From the NCBI GenBank assembly GCA_965977975.1, contig CBHCZH010000014.1, positions 1 to 42,058 on the forward strand: 42,058 nt of DNA. The letters run 5' to 3'. The DNA is from an uncultured bacterium (GTDB lineage: Bacteria; Pseudomonadota; Alphaproteobacteria; Sphingomonadales; Sphingomonadaceae). The position numbers and the translations under genes are program-made. The notes beneath the pieces are model-generated. The model ran no database searches and was not told the DNA's origin. It saw only the letters and a program-made list of their open reading frames with translations. Positions 33,393-42,058 of the stretch are shown in pieces; position 1 is the stretch's first letter, and every line of letters starts with the position of its first letter.

Positions 33393-34640
33393 TTACGCCT
33401 GGTTTACGAATCGGGCGATGAAGAATCCGTCCATTCCGCCGCGCTCTGCGAGCATGCCCGGATCGGTGCGCAGCCAGCCCTCGGGCGTCGGCGAGAGCCA
33501 TTCTGGAAGTTCTTCGGTCCGGACCGGTTCGGGCGGCAGCGCGATCCGCGCCGCCTGTTCCTCGCCCTCCTCGCGCTCGAGCGAGCAGACCGCATAGACC
33601 AGGACGCCGCCGGGCTTGAGCCAGCGGATTGCACGTTCAAGCAGCCGCGCTTGCAATTCCGCCATCTCGGCGATCTGCCGCGGGCCGATCCGGTGCAGGA
33701 CGTCTGGGTGACGCCGGGATGTGCCCGTGGCTGTGCACGGCGCGTCGAGCAGAATCGCGTCGAACAAATCGTCCGGGTCCCATCGCAGCGCGTCCGCCAC
33801 GATCACTTCGGCTGAAAGGCCGGTGCGAGCCAGGTTCTCGCGCAAGCGTTCGAGCCGACGGTCGCTGATGTCGAGCGAGACGACGTTCCATCCGGCCGCC
33901 GCCAACTGCAGCGTCTTGCCGCCCGGCGCCGCGCACAAGTCGAGGACGCACCGTTCTTTGCCGGGCCCCAGCAACCGCGCCGGGAGCGATGCAGCCAGAT
34001 CCTGTACCCACCATGCCCCATCGTCGAAGCCCGCCAGGTCGGCGACCGCCGTGCCGCGCGGCAGCCGGAGATGGCCGGACGCCAGGCTGCTTCCGGCGAG
34101 CCGCTCGGTCCATTCGGCGGTCGCGCCGCGATCGCGCAGTGTGAGGTCGAGCGGCGGCGGCTCGGCAAGGCCCGCCGCAATCGCCCGAGCGCGCGCTCCC
34201 CATCGTACCGCCAGATCCCGCGGCAGCGTCGGTGCAGCAGGCAGCTTGGCCCCTTGCCGCACCAGGGCCCCGAACACGCCGTGCGCCAGACGCCGCGGCC
34301 CGCCCGCGAGCAGCGGCAGCCCAGTAGCCACTACCGCGTGCGCCGGCGTGTCGAGCCGCAGCCATTGCGCGAGCATGAGTCGCAGCACGGTACGGACCTT
34401 GGCATCGTCGGCGAGCCGCTGGCGAGTGGCGGAATCGATCAGCGCATCGAAGTCGACCAGCCAGCGCAGCACCTCGCTGGCGATCGCGCGAGCGAGCGCC
34501 GCATCGGAGCTGGTCAGCAGGCCGGCGGTCGTCGCGCCCGCTGCCTGGTCGAGCGTCTCGCCGCGTCGCAGCACAGCGTCGAGCAGCCTGAGCGCCGCTC
34601 GGCGAGCGGGGAGACCCTGGATTTCCTTCGGGCGGTTCAT
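33393..34640 (-). CDS. rsmB: 16S rRNA (cytosine967-C5)-methyltransferase RsmB/Sun family
   Basis: N-terminal NusB-like domain, then a SAM-MTase with motif IV/VI (…LDLCAAPGGKT…, …ILLDAPCTATGTSRRHPD…, …LVYAVCSLEREE…). Confidence 0.85.
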   Translation of the reverse strand: MNRPKEIQGLPARRAALRLLDAVLRRGETLDQAAGATTAGLLTSSDAALARAIASEVLRWLVDFDALIDSATRQRLADDAKVRTVLRLMLAQWLRLDTPAHAVVATGLPLLAGGPRRLAHGVFGALVRQGAKLPAAPTLPRDLAVRWGARARAIAAGLAEPPPLDLTLRDRGATAEWTERLAGSSLASGHLRLPRGTAVADLAGFDDGAWWVQDLAASLPARLLGPGKERCVLDLCAAPGGKTLQLAAAGWNVVSLDISDRRLERLRENLARTGLSAEVIVADALRWDPDDLFDAILLDAPCTATGTSRRHPDVLHRIGPRQIAEMAELQARLLERAIRWLKPGGVLVYAVCSLEREEGEEQAARIALPPEPVRTEELPEWLSPTPEGWLRTDPGMLAERGGMDGFFIARFVNQA

Positions 34641-34695
34641 CGGCCCGCCCTAGAAGGAGTTGCGCCGCGTCGCCACCCGGGCCATCTCAGGCCGG

Positions 34696-34857
34696 ATGAC
34701 CGACCGAGCCGTCAAAAGGCCCAAGCCATTCCGCAAGCCTCCGCACTGGAGCGATACGCCGCCGCCCGTTCCGGCCGAGCCGATGGGCGATCCCGAGGAG
34801 CTTGGCCCCACCCGTTACGGCGATTGGGTCAGGAAGGGCCTCGCGATCGATTTCTAG
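34696..34857 (+). CDS. DUF1674 domain protein
   Basis: C-terminal …EELGPTRYGDWVRKGLAIDF is the DUF1674 signature. An upstream alternative ATG lies at 34660. Confidence 0.7.
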   Translation: MTDRAVKRPKPFRKPPHWSDTPPPVPAEPMGDPEELGPTRYGDWVRKGLAIDF

Positions 34858-35000
34858 AGTGTCACACGAGCGTCACGCGGGCGCACCGCACGCGCTGACT
34901 TAGGGAATATGGTTAATATTGTAACAGCCTACCGTTAACGACTGTTTCGGGAAATCCCCTTATTCGAAGCCCTTACAAAACAAGGGGTCCGGAGGGGTAA

Positions 35001-35432
35001 ATGGACAAACGGGCAGCGTTCAGGTTTCCAACCGATGTCGAGGCCGATTGCCGGTCGTGCGACAGAGCGTGGAGCACCCGGCTGGTCAATATCTCAACGA
35101 CCGGCTGCATGATCGCCTGCCCATTGGAAGGCCTCCCCGATGGGGCGCTGCTTCGCGTGCGTGTCAGGGGGCTGACGGCGATCGACGGCGAGATCATCTG
35201 GCAGCATCGCAACTACGCCGGCATCAAGTTCAAGGTTCCGCTTCATCCCGCGGTGATGGAACATCTTGCATTCCGCGGCACCGATCGCGGCTACGATACG
35301 CCTCCGCCGCCTTCGCGGCCCGAAGCGGAGGTCGCTCCGGTCCGCGCGACGACCAGCCTGCACGCCCAGTTGGTCAAGCGAACCTGGACGAGCGAGGAAG
35401 ACACCGAGCCAAGGCGCGCTTCCGCCGGCTGA
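35001..35432 (+). CDS. PilZ domain protein
   Basis: GGAGGGG RBS. RxxxR…(D/N)xSxxG c-di-GMP-binding motifs (KRAAFRFPTDVEADCRS…TRLVNISTTGCMIAC). Confidence 0.75.
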   Translation: MDKRAAFRFPTDVEADCRSCDRAWSTRLVNISTTGCMIACPLEGLPDGALLRVRVRGLTAIDGEIIWQHRNYAGIKFKVPLHPAVMEHLAFRGTDRGYDTPPPPSRPEAEVAPVRATTSLHAQLVKRTWTSEEDTEPRRASAG

Positions 35433-35546
35433 GACGATCCGACGTGGGGTGAGCCGGCCGGAAGCGCGCTGCCGGACAAATGAACAAAGCCGAGGTCGCT
35501 GCGCTCGCCGATTACCTGGTGGCGTTTTCGCGCAAGTAAGCGGGCC

Positions 35547-36245
35547 TTAGCGCGCGTCGACCAGCACCAGCTCGCTATCCTCGAGTGCGGTTACCTCGAG
35601 CTTGTCGAGCCCGGTGATCGCCGCACCGTCGCGCGCGTCCACCTCGATTTCGCCGACACGGACCTTGCCGGTCGCGGGCACCAGATAAAGATGCCGGTCT
35701 GCGGCGGTATCGTAGCTCAGCGTATCGCCGGCTCTGACCGTGGCGCCGAGCACGCGCGCCTCGGCACGGATCGGCAGCGCGTCGTCGTCGCCGGCCATAC
35801 CCGAAGCCAGCGGCACGAATCGGCCGGCGCGGTCGTCCTTCGGGAAAGGCCGGGCACCCCACCCGGGCGTGCCGCCGCGCTCGTCGGGGACGATCCACAG
35901 CTGGAACAGCGTCGTCGGCTCGTCCTCGAGATTGTACTCGGCATGCTGAATGCCGGTGCCCGCCGACATGACCTGCACGTCGCCGGCGCCGGTGCGGCCG
36001 GTATTGCCGAGGCTGTCCTTGTGCGTGATCGCGCCGCTGCGGACGTAAGTGACGATCTCCATGTCACGGTGCGGGTGCGGTGGGAAGCCGCTCTTCGGCG
36101 CGATCACGTCGTCGTTCCAGACCCGCAGCTGACCCCAGTGGACCCGGGCCGGGTCGTGGTAGTCGGCGAACGAGAAGTGATGCTTCGTGTCGAGCCAACC
36201 GTGGTCGGCGCCGCCCAGAGTGGCGAAAGGACGAAGTTCGATCAT
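35547..36245 (-). CDS. pirin family protein
   Basis: Bicupin with N-terminal metal ligands HPHRDMEIVTYV… and …GTGIQHAEYN…. Confidence 0.9.
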   Translation of the reverse strand: MIELRPFATLGGADHGWLDTKHHFSFADYHDPARVHWGQLRVWNDDVIAPKSGFPPHPHRDMEIVTYVRSGAITHKDSLGNTGRTGAGDVQVMSAGTGIQHAEYNLEDEPTTLFQLWIVPDERGGTPGWGARPFPKDDRAGRFVPLASGMAGDDDALPIRAEARVLGATVRAGDTLSYDTAADRHLYLVPATGKVRVGEIEVDARDGAAITGLDKLEVTALEDSELVLVDAR

Positions 36246-36301
36246 CGAGAATTCCTCAACTTGTGTCGTCCCCTAGATGGGGATCGTGTCAAGGGGTCGC
36301 A

Positions 36302-37279
36302 CTAAACCCACCCGGCCAGCTCGCGCCGCACGAGCGCTTCGAGCATGTCCATGCCCGCGTCGCCGGCATTGAGGCACGATAACGCGGCGAAGTGCTCGCC
36401 GCCCGCGGCCTCGAATTGCTCGCGGCCGCGAATGGCCAACTCCTCCAGTGTCTCCAGGCAGTCGGCAGCAAAGCCGGGCGCGGCGATGGCAAGGCTGGTG
36501 ACGCCGCGTTGCGCCTCGTCGGCCAGGACCTCGCTCGTCGCCGGCTCGAGCCACTTGGCGCGACCGAAGCGCGATTGAAAACTGGTGCCGAAGCGCAAGC
36601 CCGGCCGTACCATGGCCTCCTCCAGCAACCGCGCGGTTTCGAGACAATGGCGGTAGTAGGGGTCGCCGAGCTGTCGGGTCCGCTCGGGCATGCCGTGGAA
36701 GCTCAGCAGCAACACTTGCGGATCGAACGGCAGCGCGTCGAGCTGCGCGGCGAGGTCCTTCGCCAGGGCTCCGATGTAGGCGGAATCGTCATAATAAGGC
36801 GGCAGCGTGCGCAGCGCCGGCTGCCAGCGCACGGCGCGCAAGGCATCGGCGGCGCTGTCGACCACGGTGGCGGTCGTGGCCGCGCAATACTGCGGATAGA
36901 GCGGAGCGAGCAGGATGCGCTCGCACCCGGCCGCCATCAGCGCCTCGAGCTCGTCGGCAATCGCCGGGCGGCCGTAGCGCATCGCGTGGCTGACCTTTAC
37001 CTCGTCGCCCAGCCTGGCCTGGAGCCGTTCGGCCTGATCGGCAGTGATCGCGGCAAGCGGCGAGCCCTGCTCGGTCCAGACCTGCGAATAGGCCTCGGCC
37101 GACTTGCGCGGCCGGGTCTGCAGTACGATGCCGCGCAGGATCGGCTGCCAGGCGTAAGCCGGGATCTCGACCACGCGCCGATCGGAGAGGAACTCACCGA
37201 GGTAGCGCTTCACCGCGCGCGGTGTCGGCGCGTCAGGCGTTCCAAGGTTGACCAGCAAGACGCCGATTCCGCCGCTCAT
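36302..37279 (-). CDS. hemH: ferrochelatase
   Basis: MSGGIGVLLVNLGTPDAPTPRAVKRYLGEFLSDRRVV… and …LLLSFHGMPER…DPYYRHCLETARLL… are conserved ferrochelatase blocks. 325 aa; the track ORF is over-extended to 38641. Confidence 0.9.
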   Translation of the reverse strand: MSGGIGVLLVNLGTPDAPTPRAVKRYLGEFLSDRRVVEIPAYAWQPILRGIVLQTRPRKSAEAYSQVWTEQGSPLAAITADQAERLQARLGDEVKVSHAMRYGRPAIADELEALMAAGCERILLAPLYPQYCAATTATVVDSAADALRAVRWQPALRTLPPYYDDSAYIGALAKDLAAQLDALPFDPQVLLLSFHGMPERTRQLGDPYYRHCLETARLLEEAMVRPGLRFGTSFQSRFGRAKWLEPATSEVLADEAQRGVTSLAIAAPGFAADCLETLEELAIRGREQFEAAGGEHFAALSCLNAGDAGMDMLEALVRRELAGWV

Positions 37280-39558
37280 AATCCCCCCGACAAGAGCGGT
37301 AAGCGCCTGAGACGCAACCCGGTGGCGGAGAACAACGCGTTGGCGATCGCCGGCGCGACCGGGGCCACTGCCAGCTCTCCCGGATCGAACGGCTCGGCAT
37401 CGCTTTCGATCAGGTCGACGCTGATCTCGGGGCTGTCGGCGAGGGTCGGCAGGTCGAGCGCGGCGAGACGGCCCTGCACCGGCAAGCCACGCTCGTATTC
37501 GATGCCCGAACCGAGCGCGAGACCGACTCCGTAAAGCAGCCCGCCTTCGATCTGCTGCAGGGCGATGTCGCGGTTGATCACCCGGCCGATATCGACCGCC
37601 GCGGCGAGCTTTTCCACCCGCACCCCGCCTTCGCCGGCCACCGCGGTGGCGATCAGCGCGATACGCCCGGTCGCACCGGCGATCTCCATCCGGTGGCAAG
37701 CAAGCCCCTGGCTGGTCCCGGGAGCGCCGCCGCCCCATTCGCCAAGCCGCGCCGCGCGCTGCAGGCATTGGGCAAGGCGCACATCCTGCCCGAGCATGCC
37801 GATGCGAAAAGCCAGCGGCTCCTGCACGTTCCGCTGCGCGACTTCGTCGATGAAGCTCTCGACGAAGAAGCAGGTATAACCGTGAGCATTGCCGCGCAGG
37901 CGACCGGTCGGCAGCGCAAGGCGCACCGGCACGTGATCGACCGCAACGTTGGGGATGCCGTAGGGCGGCATCAGCCCTTCGAGCGCAAGCGCATCCGGTT
38001 GGTCCTCGACGGCGTCGATCGCCGACCAGGTAGCGAAGTTGTCGAACAGCCGGCGGCCGAATTCGAGCGCGGACGACGGCATCGCCAGCCGCGAGCGCAG
38101 CGTCTCGATATGTCCCTCCGGTCCGAGCTTCGCCGCCAGGACTGCAGCGACCGGGGGGCGTGGACGAAGCGCCAGCTGCTCCTGCCAGCGCGACCAGGTC
38201 AACTGCACCGGCCGGCCGGTTTCGCGCGCGATCAGCGCCGCTTCGATCGCATGATCGTGTTCGAGCCGCCGGTCGAAGCTGCCGCCTGCCGGCATGGGGT
38301 ACAGCACGACGTCCGCGAGCGGCATGCCGAGGGCCTTGGCAGCCGCCTCGCGCGCGCGCTCGGGTGCCTGGCTGGCGATCCAGAGCTCGAGCCGCCCGTC
38401 GGCAAGCCGCGCCGTGGCGCTGGCGGTCTCGATGGTACCATGCGCCGCCGGCATTACATCGTAGCGCAGCGCCAGGTCGGGCTTCGGCATCAACGCGTCG
38501 CCATCGCCGCGCAGCGCGATGCGCTGCGGCTCGCCGCGTCTCACGCCGTTGTCGAGTAATTCGTCGATGCGCGAGGAGCTCACCGGTCCGCTGACCCGAA
38601 AGCGCGGTGCAAGAGCATCGAGCGCCCGTTCCGCCGCCCACCAGGTCTCGGCGACCGCGGCAAGCCAGCGCTTACCTTCGACCACGCCGATCAGCCCCCG
38701 CGTTCCCGCCGCCGACTCGCGCTCGAAACTCGACAACTCGGCGCGGTCGATGGGCCCGTGCCGGATCGCCGCGTAGGCCATGCCCGGCAACCGCACGTCG
38801 CCCGCGAACTGGTAGCTGCCGTCGACCTTCGAAGGCAGGTCCAGCCGTGGCCAGGCGATTTCCAGGTCGACCGGTTCGATGCCCGAGGCCCGGTCAGCGG
38901 GCGGCTCGGAGCGCAGCGGCGGCGGATCGGATGGAGTGTAGCCCGAAGCCTCAGCCGCCAGCTCCGCGAAGCTCAGCCGCCGGCGGTCGTGAACAATGAA
39001 CCCGGCAGCGGCCTCGCATTCCTCCCATGGCACCCCCCAACGGTCGGCTGCGGCCATCGCCAGCATCGCGCGCGCCGCCGCGCCCGCCTCGCGGCACAAC
39101 AGCTCGAAAGCGGCAAGCGAGGTGCCGTCCGCCGTCGCGCCGAACCGCTGGCTTTCGGCCCACCGGCGCAGGAAGTAGTCGTCGGGCTCCGCCGCCAGCG
39201 CCGGCATCGCCGGCCGCCACAACGGCGCCCAGCGCGCCGCCAGCGGCAGGTTGAGATAAGCGCCGCTCGCGGGCGCCGGTTCGACCGCGACCTGGCGCCA
39301 GTCGGCGCCCAGCTCCATCGCCACGATCTGCGGCAACAGCGTGGTGACACCCTGCCCCATCTCGAGCTGCGGCACCGCCACCGTCACTACCCCGTCGCGG
39401 CCGATCTTGAGCCAGGCACCGAACGCCATCTCGCCGCGGCCCGGCGTGAGCGGGGAATCGTAACTGCGCGGCAGCAGCATCCACGCGACCAGCAACCCGC
39501 CGCCGACGGCTGCGCCGGCCAGAAGGCCGCGCCGCGAGACGTCGAGCCGCTTCAGCAC
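37276..39558 (-). CDS. xanthine dehydrogenase family molybdopterin-binding subunit (IorB / aldehyde oxidoreductase large-subunit-like), Tat signal
   Basis: Tat motif SRRGLLAGAAVGG, then MoCo-binding domains (…WIASQAPERAREAAAKALGMPLADVVLYPMPAGGSFDRRLE…). The stop overlaps the hemH ATG (ATGA). The GTG start 4 nt after the apbC stop is uncertain. Confidence 0.8.
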   Translation of the reverse strand: MLKRLDVSRRGLLAGAAVGGGLLVAWMLLPRSYDSPLTPGRGEMAFGAWLKIGRDGVVTVAVPQLEMGQGVTTLLPQIVAMELGADWRQVAVEPAPASGAYLNLPLAARWAPLWRPAMPALAAEPDDYFLRRWAESQRFGATADGTSLAAFELLCREAGAAARAMLAMAAADRWGVPWEECEAAAGFIVHDRRRLSFAELAAEASGYTPSDPPPLRSEPPADRASGIEPVDLEIAWPRLDLPSKVDGSYQFAGDVRLPGMAYAAIRHGPIDRAELSSFERESAAGTRGLIGVVEGKRWLAAVAETWWAAERALDALAPRFRVSGPVSSSRIDELLDNGVRRGEPQRIALRGDGDALMPKPDLALRYDVMPAAHGTIETASATARLADGRLELWIASQAPERAREAAAKALGMPLADVVLYPMPAGGSFDRRLEHDHAIEAALIARETGRPVQLTWSRWQEQLALRPRPPVAAVLAAKLGPEGHIETLRSRLAMPSSALEFGRRLFDNFATWSAIDAVEDQPDALALEGLMPPYGIPNVAVDHVPVRLALPTGRLRGNAHGYTCFFVESFIDEVAQRNVQEPLAFRIGMLGQDVRLAQCLQRAARLGEWGGGAPGTSQGLACHRMEIAGATGRIALIATAVAGEGGVRVEKLAAAVDIGRVINRDIALQQIEGGLLYGVGLALGSGIEYERGLPVQGRLAALDLPTLADSPEISVDLIESDAEPFDPGELAVAPVAPAIANALFSATGLRLRRLPLLSGGL

Positions 39559-39562
39559 GCCC

Positions 39563-40525
39563 TCACTGACGGTCCAGCCAGCCGCCGAGCCGCTCGGCGA
39601 TGCGAGCAAAGGCTCCGCCGAGTTGGCCGTCGTTCGCCGCCGGCGGCCGCCCGGCATCGCTGGCGACGCGGATTTCCATCGCCAGCGGAATGCGGCCAAG
39701 GAAATCCTCGCCGAGCGCTGTTGCAGCAGCCTCCGCCCCACCCGAGCCGAACGGGTCGCTCGGCTGGCCGCAGTGCGGACACACGTACCCGGCCATGTTC
39801 TCGACCACGCCGATCACCGGCACGTCGGTCTGGCGGAACAAGTCGATCGCACGTGTTGCGTCGATCAGCGCGAGGTCCTGCGGGGTCGAAACCACGATCG
39901 CCCCGGCCGGCTTGAACTTCTGCAGCATGGTCAACTGCACGTCGCCGGTGCCCGGCGGCAGGTCTACCAGCAGGACCTCGGCTTCGCCCCACTGCGCATC
40001 CATCAACTGGCCGAGTGCGCTGCCGGTCATCGGTCCGCGCCAGGCGATCGCCTTGCCGGGCGCAATCAGCTGACCCATCGACAGGAGCTTGACGCCGAAC
40101 CCAGTTTCGACCGGGATCAGCTGCTGGCCCTCGGCGGTCGGCTTGGTGTTCGAAGCATCGAGCAGCATCGGCTGCGAAGGCCCGTAGATGTCTGCATCGA
40201 CCACACCCACTTTGCGCCCCGCACGGGCGAGCGCCACCGCGAGGTTGGCTGTCAAGGTGGACTTGCCGACCCCGCCCTTGCCCGAACCGATCGCGATGAT
40301 CCTGCGCTGCACCTTGTCGGCCATCAGCGCGACGCGGACCTCGGAAACTCCCTCGATGGCCCCGATTTCCTGCTCGATCGTCCGCTGCAACTCAGCCGCT
40401 GCCGCACGGCCGAGCCCCGATGCATCCGCGACCAGCGTCGCTATCCCATCGGCAAAACGAACCGATCGGACATGGGCGGCGATGCGAGGCGAAAGGCGTT
40501 GCTCTATCTCGGCGGCAGTAGGCAT
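39563..40525 (-). CDS. apbC: Mrp/NBP35 family iron-sulfur cluster carrier ATPase (ApbC)
   Basis: Walker A GKGGVGKST; CPHCG Fe-S ligand motif; N-terminal DUF59-like domain. Confidence 0.9.
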   Translation of the reverse strand: MPTAAEIEQRLSPRIAAHVRSVRFADGIATLVADASGLGRAAAAELQRTIEQEIGAIEGVSEVRVALMADKVQRRIIAIGSGKGGVGKSTLTANLAVALARAGRKVGVVDADIYGPSQPMLLDASNTKPTAEGQQLIPVETGFGVKLLSMGQLIAPGKAIAWRGPMTGSALGQLMDAQWGEAEVLLVDLPPGTGDVQLTMLQKFKPAGAIVVSTPQDLALIDATRAIDLFRQTDVPVIGVVENMAGYVCPHCGQPSDPFGSGGAEAAATALGEDFLGRIPLAMEIRVASDAGRPPAANDGQLGGAFARIAERLGGWLDRQ

Positions 40526-40659
40526 CGGGCCGCTGCTAGCGCGTATGACAGCGAGGTGCAGCGAAAATGTCCGGCGCTCCCCTGTTTTTTGCGCAGACGC
40601 GCCCTATAACACCGTGCATGGAACGTTTGGGCGGGTTGTACGAAAGGATCGTGCTGGCA

Positions 40660-41790
40660 ATGGCCGGCAAGCGCAGTCCCTGGGGCAAGCCCGGTGGTGA
40701 CAAGGACCCCGGCGAAGGCGGTTCCGACGCAGGTTCGGAGCCCGATGCCACGCCGCCGAAAGGCGAGGAGCCGCGCGGGCCACGCAACCCGTGGCTTCCC
40801 GGCGGCGGCTCGGAGGATCGCGGCCGCCGTTCGGCCAACATCGAAGACCTGTTCAAGCAGCGCGGCCCGGAAGGCCCGAAACGGTTCGGCGGCCCGGATG
40901 GACCCAAGTTTCGGCTTCCGACGGGTCCCGGCGGGCGTTCGCTGTTCCCGATCGCGCTCGGTCTCATCGCGCTGGCCTGGATCGGCTTTGGTACCGTGCA
41001 CTTCATTCAGCCGCGTGAGCAGGCGGTGGTCACTACTCTCGGCAAGTACTCGCGCACGTTGCAGCCGGGCACCAACCTGACTCTGCCGTGGCCTTTCCAG
41101 CAGGTCGATGTCGAAAACGTCAGTGGCATCCGGCTCGAGCAGATTCCCGAAGGCACCGCGCAAAAGCTGATCCTCACGGGCGATCAGAACCTGGTCGACG
41201 TGTCGTACCTGATCCGCTGGAATATCAAGGATCTCGAGCTGTTCAAGTTCCAGCTCGCCGACCCCGAGGAAACCTTGCGCGAGGTCGGCGAAGCAGCGAT
41301 GCGCGCCTCGGTCGCCGAGCATGAGCTTGATCGCGTGCTGTCGGGCGCGGGGCGCGCCGACATCGAGCAGTCCGTCCGCACGCGGATGCAGCAAATCCTC
41401 GACGGGTACCGTTCGGGCATTGCGGTGCAGGGCATCGAAATCCAGAAGACCGATCCGCCCGAGCAGGTGGTCGAATCGTTCAAGGATGTCTCCGCCGCGC
41501 AGCAGGACGCCGCCGCGGCGATGAACGTCGCGCGCACGTATGAGCAGCAGCTGCTGGCGAAGGCCCAGGGCGACGCCGCGGCGTTCAACAAGATTTACGA
41601 AGAATACCGGCTGGCCCCCGAAGTCACGCGCCGCCGGCTTTACTACGAAACGATGGAATCCGTGTTGGGCAAGACCGACAAGACGATCGTCGAATCCGGC
41701 GGCGTGACCCCGTACCTGCCGCTGCCCGAAGTGCGCCGGCGTGCGCAGCAGTCGGCGACGCCCGCTGCGCCGCCCGCGGGAGGGCGCTGA
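40660..41790 (+). CDS. hflK: FtsH protease activity modulator HflK
   Basis: Gly/Pro-rich N-terminus, a single TM helix and an SPFH/band-7 domain (…VVTTLGKYSRTLQPGTNLTLPWPFQQV…). Upstream alternative starts at 40567 and 40618. Confidence 0.9.
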   Translation: MAGKRSPWGKPGGDKDPGEGGSDAGSEPDATPPKGEEPRGPRNPWLPGGGSEDRGRRSANIEDLFKQRGPEGPKRFGGPDGPKFRLPTGPGGRSLFPIALGLIALAWIGFGTVHFIQPREQAVVTTLGKYSRTLQPGTNLTLPWPFQQVDVENVSGIRLEQIPEGTAQKLILTGDQNLVDVSYLIRWNIKDLELFKFQLADPEETLREVGEAAMRASVAEHELDRVLSGAGRADIEQSVRTRMQQILDGYRSGIAVQGIEIQKTDPPEQVVESFKDVSAAQQDAAAAMNVARTYEQQLLAKAQGDAAAFNKIYEEYRLAPEVTRRRLYYETMESVLGKTDKTIVESGGVTPYLPLPEVRRRAQQSATPAAPPAGGR

Positions 41791-41794
41791 AGCC

Positions 41795-42058
41795 ATGACC
41801 GAGGTGTGGGAAAACCATAAGCTGACGATCATCGCGCTCGCCGCATTGGTGATCGCGTTCTTCTCCAGCGTGATCGTGGTGCCGGAGACCAAACAGGCGG
41901 TGGTCATCCAGACCGGGCAGCCGGTGCGGACGTACAACCGCTACCTGCCCAACGTGCCGTTCGGCCAGACCAATACAGGACTGAGGTTCCGCTGGCCGAT
42001 CATCGAACGGGTGCAGATGATCGACAAGCGGGTGCTTGACCTCGACATGGAACGGCAG
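41795..42058 (+). CDS. hflC: protease modulator HflC (3'-truncated by window edge)
   Basis: ATG 5 nt after the hflK stop. MTEVWENHKLTIIALAALVIAFFSSVIVVPETKQAVVIQTGQP… is the N-terminal TM + SPFH start. Open to the window end. Confidence 0.9.
   Translation, partial: MTEVWENHKLTIIALAALVIAFFSSVIVVPETKQAVVIQTGQPVRTYNRYLPNVPFGQTNTGLRFRWPIIERVQMIDKRVLDLDMERQ

Noticed and set aside
35480-35539. 19-aa ORF MNKAEVAALADYLVAFSRK between PilZ and pirin
   Set aside because: No RBS and too short to assess. Noted only because it is non-low-complexity.
36302-38641. 779-aa ORF containing hemH, and 420-aa ORF 21711-22973 containing the lipoprotein
   Set aside because: Only the C-terminal 325 aa (hemH) and 213 aa (lipoprotein) look like protein. 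The N-terminal extensions are R/A/G-rich and run through the upstream genes in another frame.
1-42058. CRISPR arrays, rRNA genes, integrase/recombinase genes, toxin-antitoxin pairs
   Set aside because: Looked for regularly spaced direct repeats, rRNA-like conserved stretches, and tyrosine- or serine-recombinase motifs next to the two tRNAs. None found.

Overview
High-GC (~66-68%) alphaproteobacterial chromosome segment, most like Sphingomonadaceae. It carries about 50 protein genes and two tRNAs (tRNA-Trp-CCA, tRNA-Lys-UUU). Core housekeeping genes are interleaved with accessory blocks.

Core genes: secE-nusG, aat, recX, msrA, rsmB, hemH, apbC, hflKC, folK, an NDUFA12-like/DUF2155 pair.

Accessory blocks:
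(i) 1-4.2 kb: MacB/FtsX permease + NodT-type outer-membrane factor, then a small signal-peptide ORF, a SapC-family gene and an Fe/2OG-oxygenase-like gene.
(ii) 4.2-4.9 kb: nested IS wreckage, an IS5-family transposase N-terminal fragment cut by an internally deleted IS6-family element with intact 17-bp inverted repeats.
(iii) 5.0-8.7 kb: a MarR-controlled carotenoid/stilbene-cleavage oxygenase operon.
(iv) 10-13.5 kb: a TonB-dependent siderophore receptor + PepSY module sitting between tRNA-Trp and secE.
(v) 16.9-21.7 kb: fatty acyl-AMP ligase, then a TelA-XpaC-PHA_gran_rgn stress triad.
(vi) 21.7-26.9 kb: a same-strand run aldehyde dehydrogenase - Crp/Fnr - TonB - ManC - DUF2721 - lipoprotein.
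(vii) 27.0-28.5 kb: a two-subunit ring-cleavage dioxygenase (hydroquinone-dioxygenase-like) immediately upstream of that aldehyde dehydrogenase.

Two intergenic loci (20.46-20.58 kb, 26.94-27.03 kb) carry copies of the same GC-rich palindromic REP/MITE-like repeat. There is no CRISPR array and no rRNA. Many long GC-driven antisense ORFs in the six-frame track are artefacts.

Coordinates are derived from the ORF track by amino-acid-index arithmetic; expect start-codon uncertainty of a few codons for several genes.
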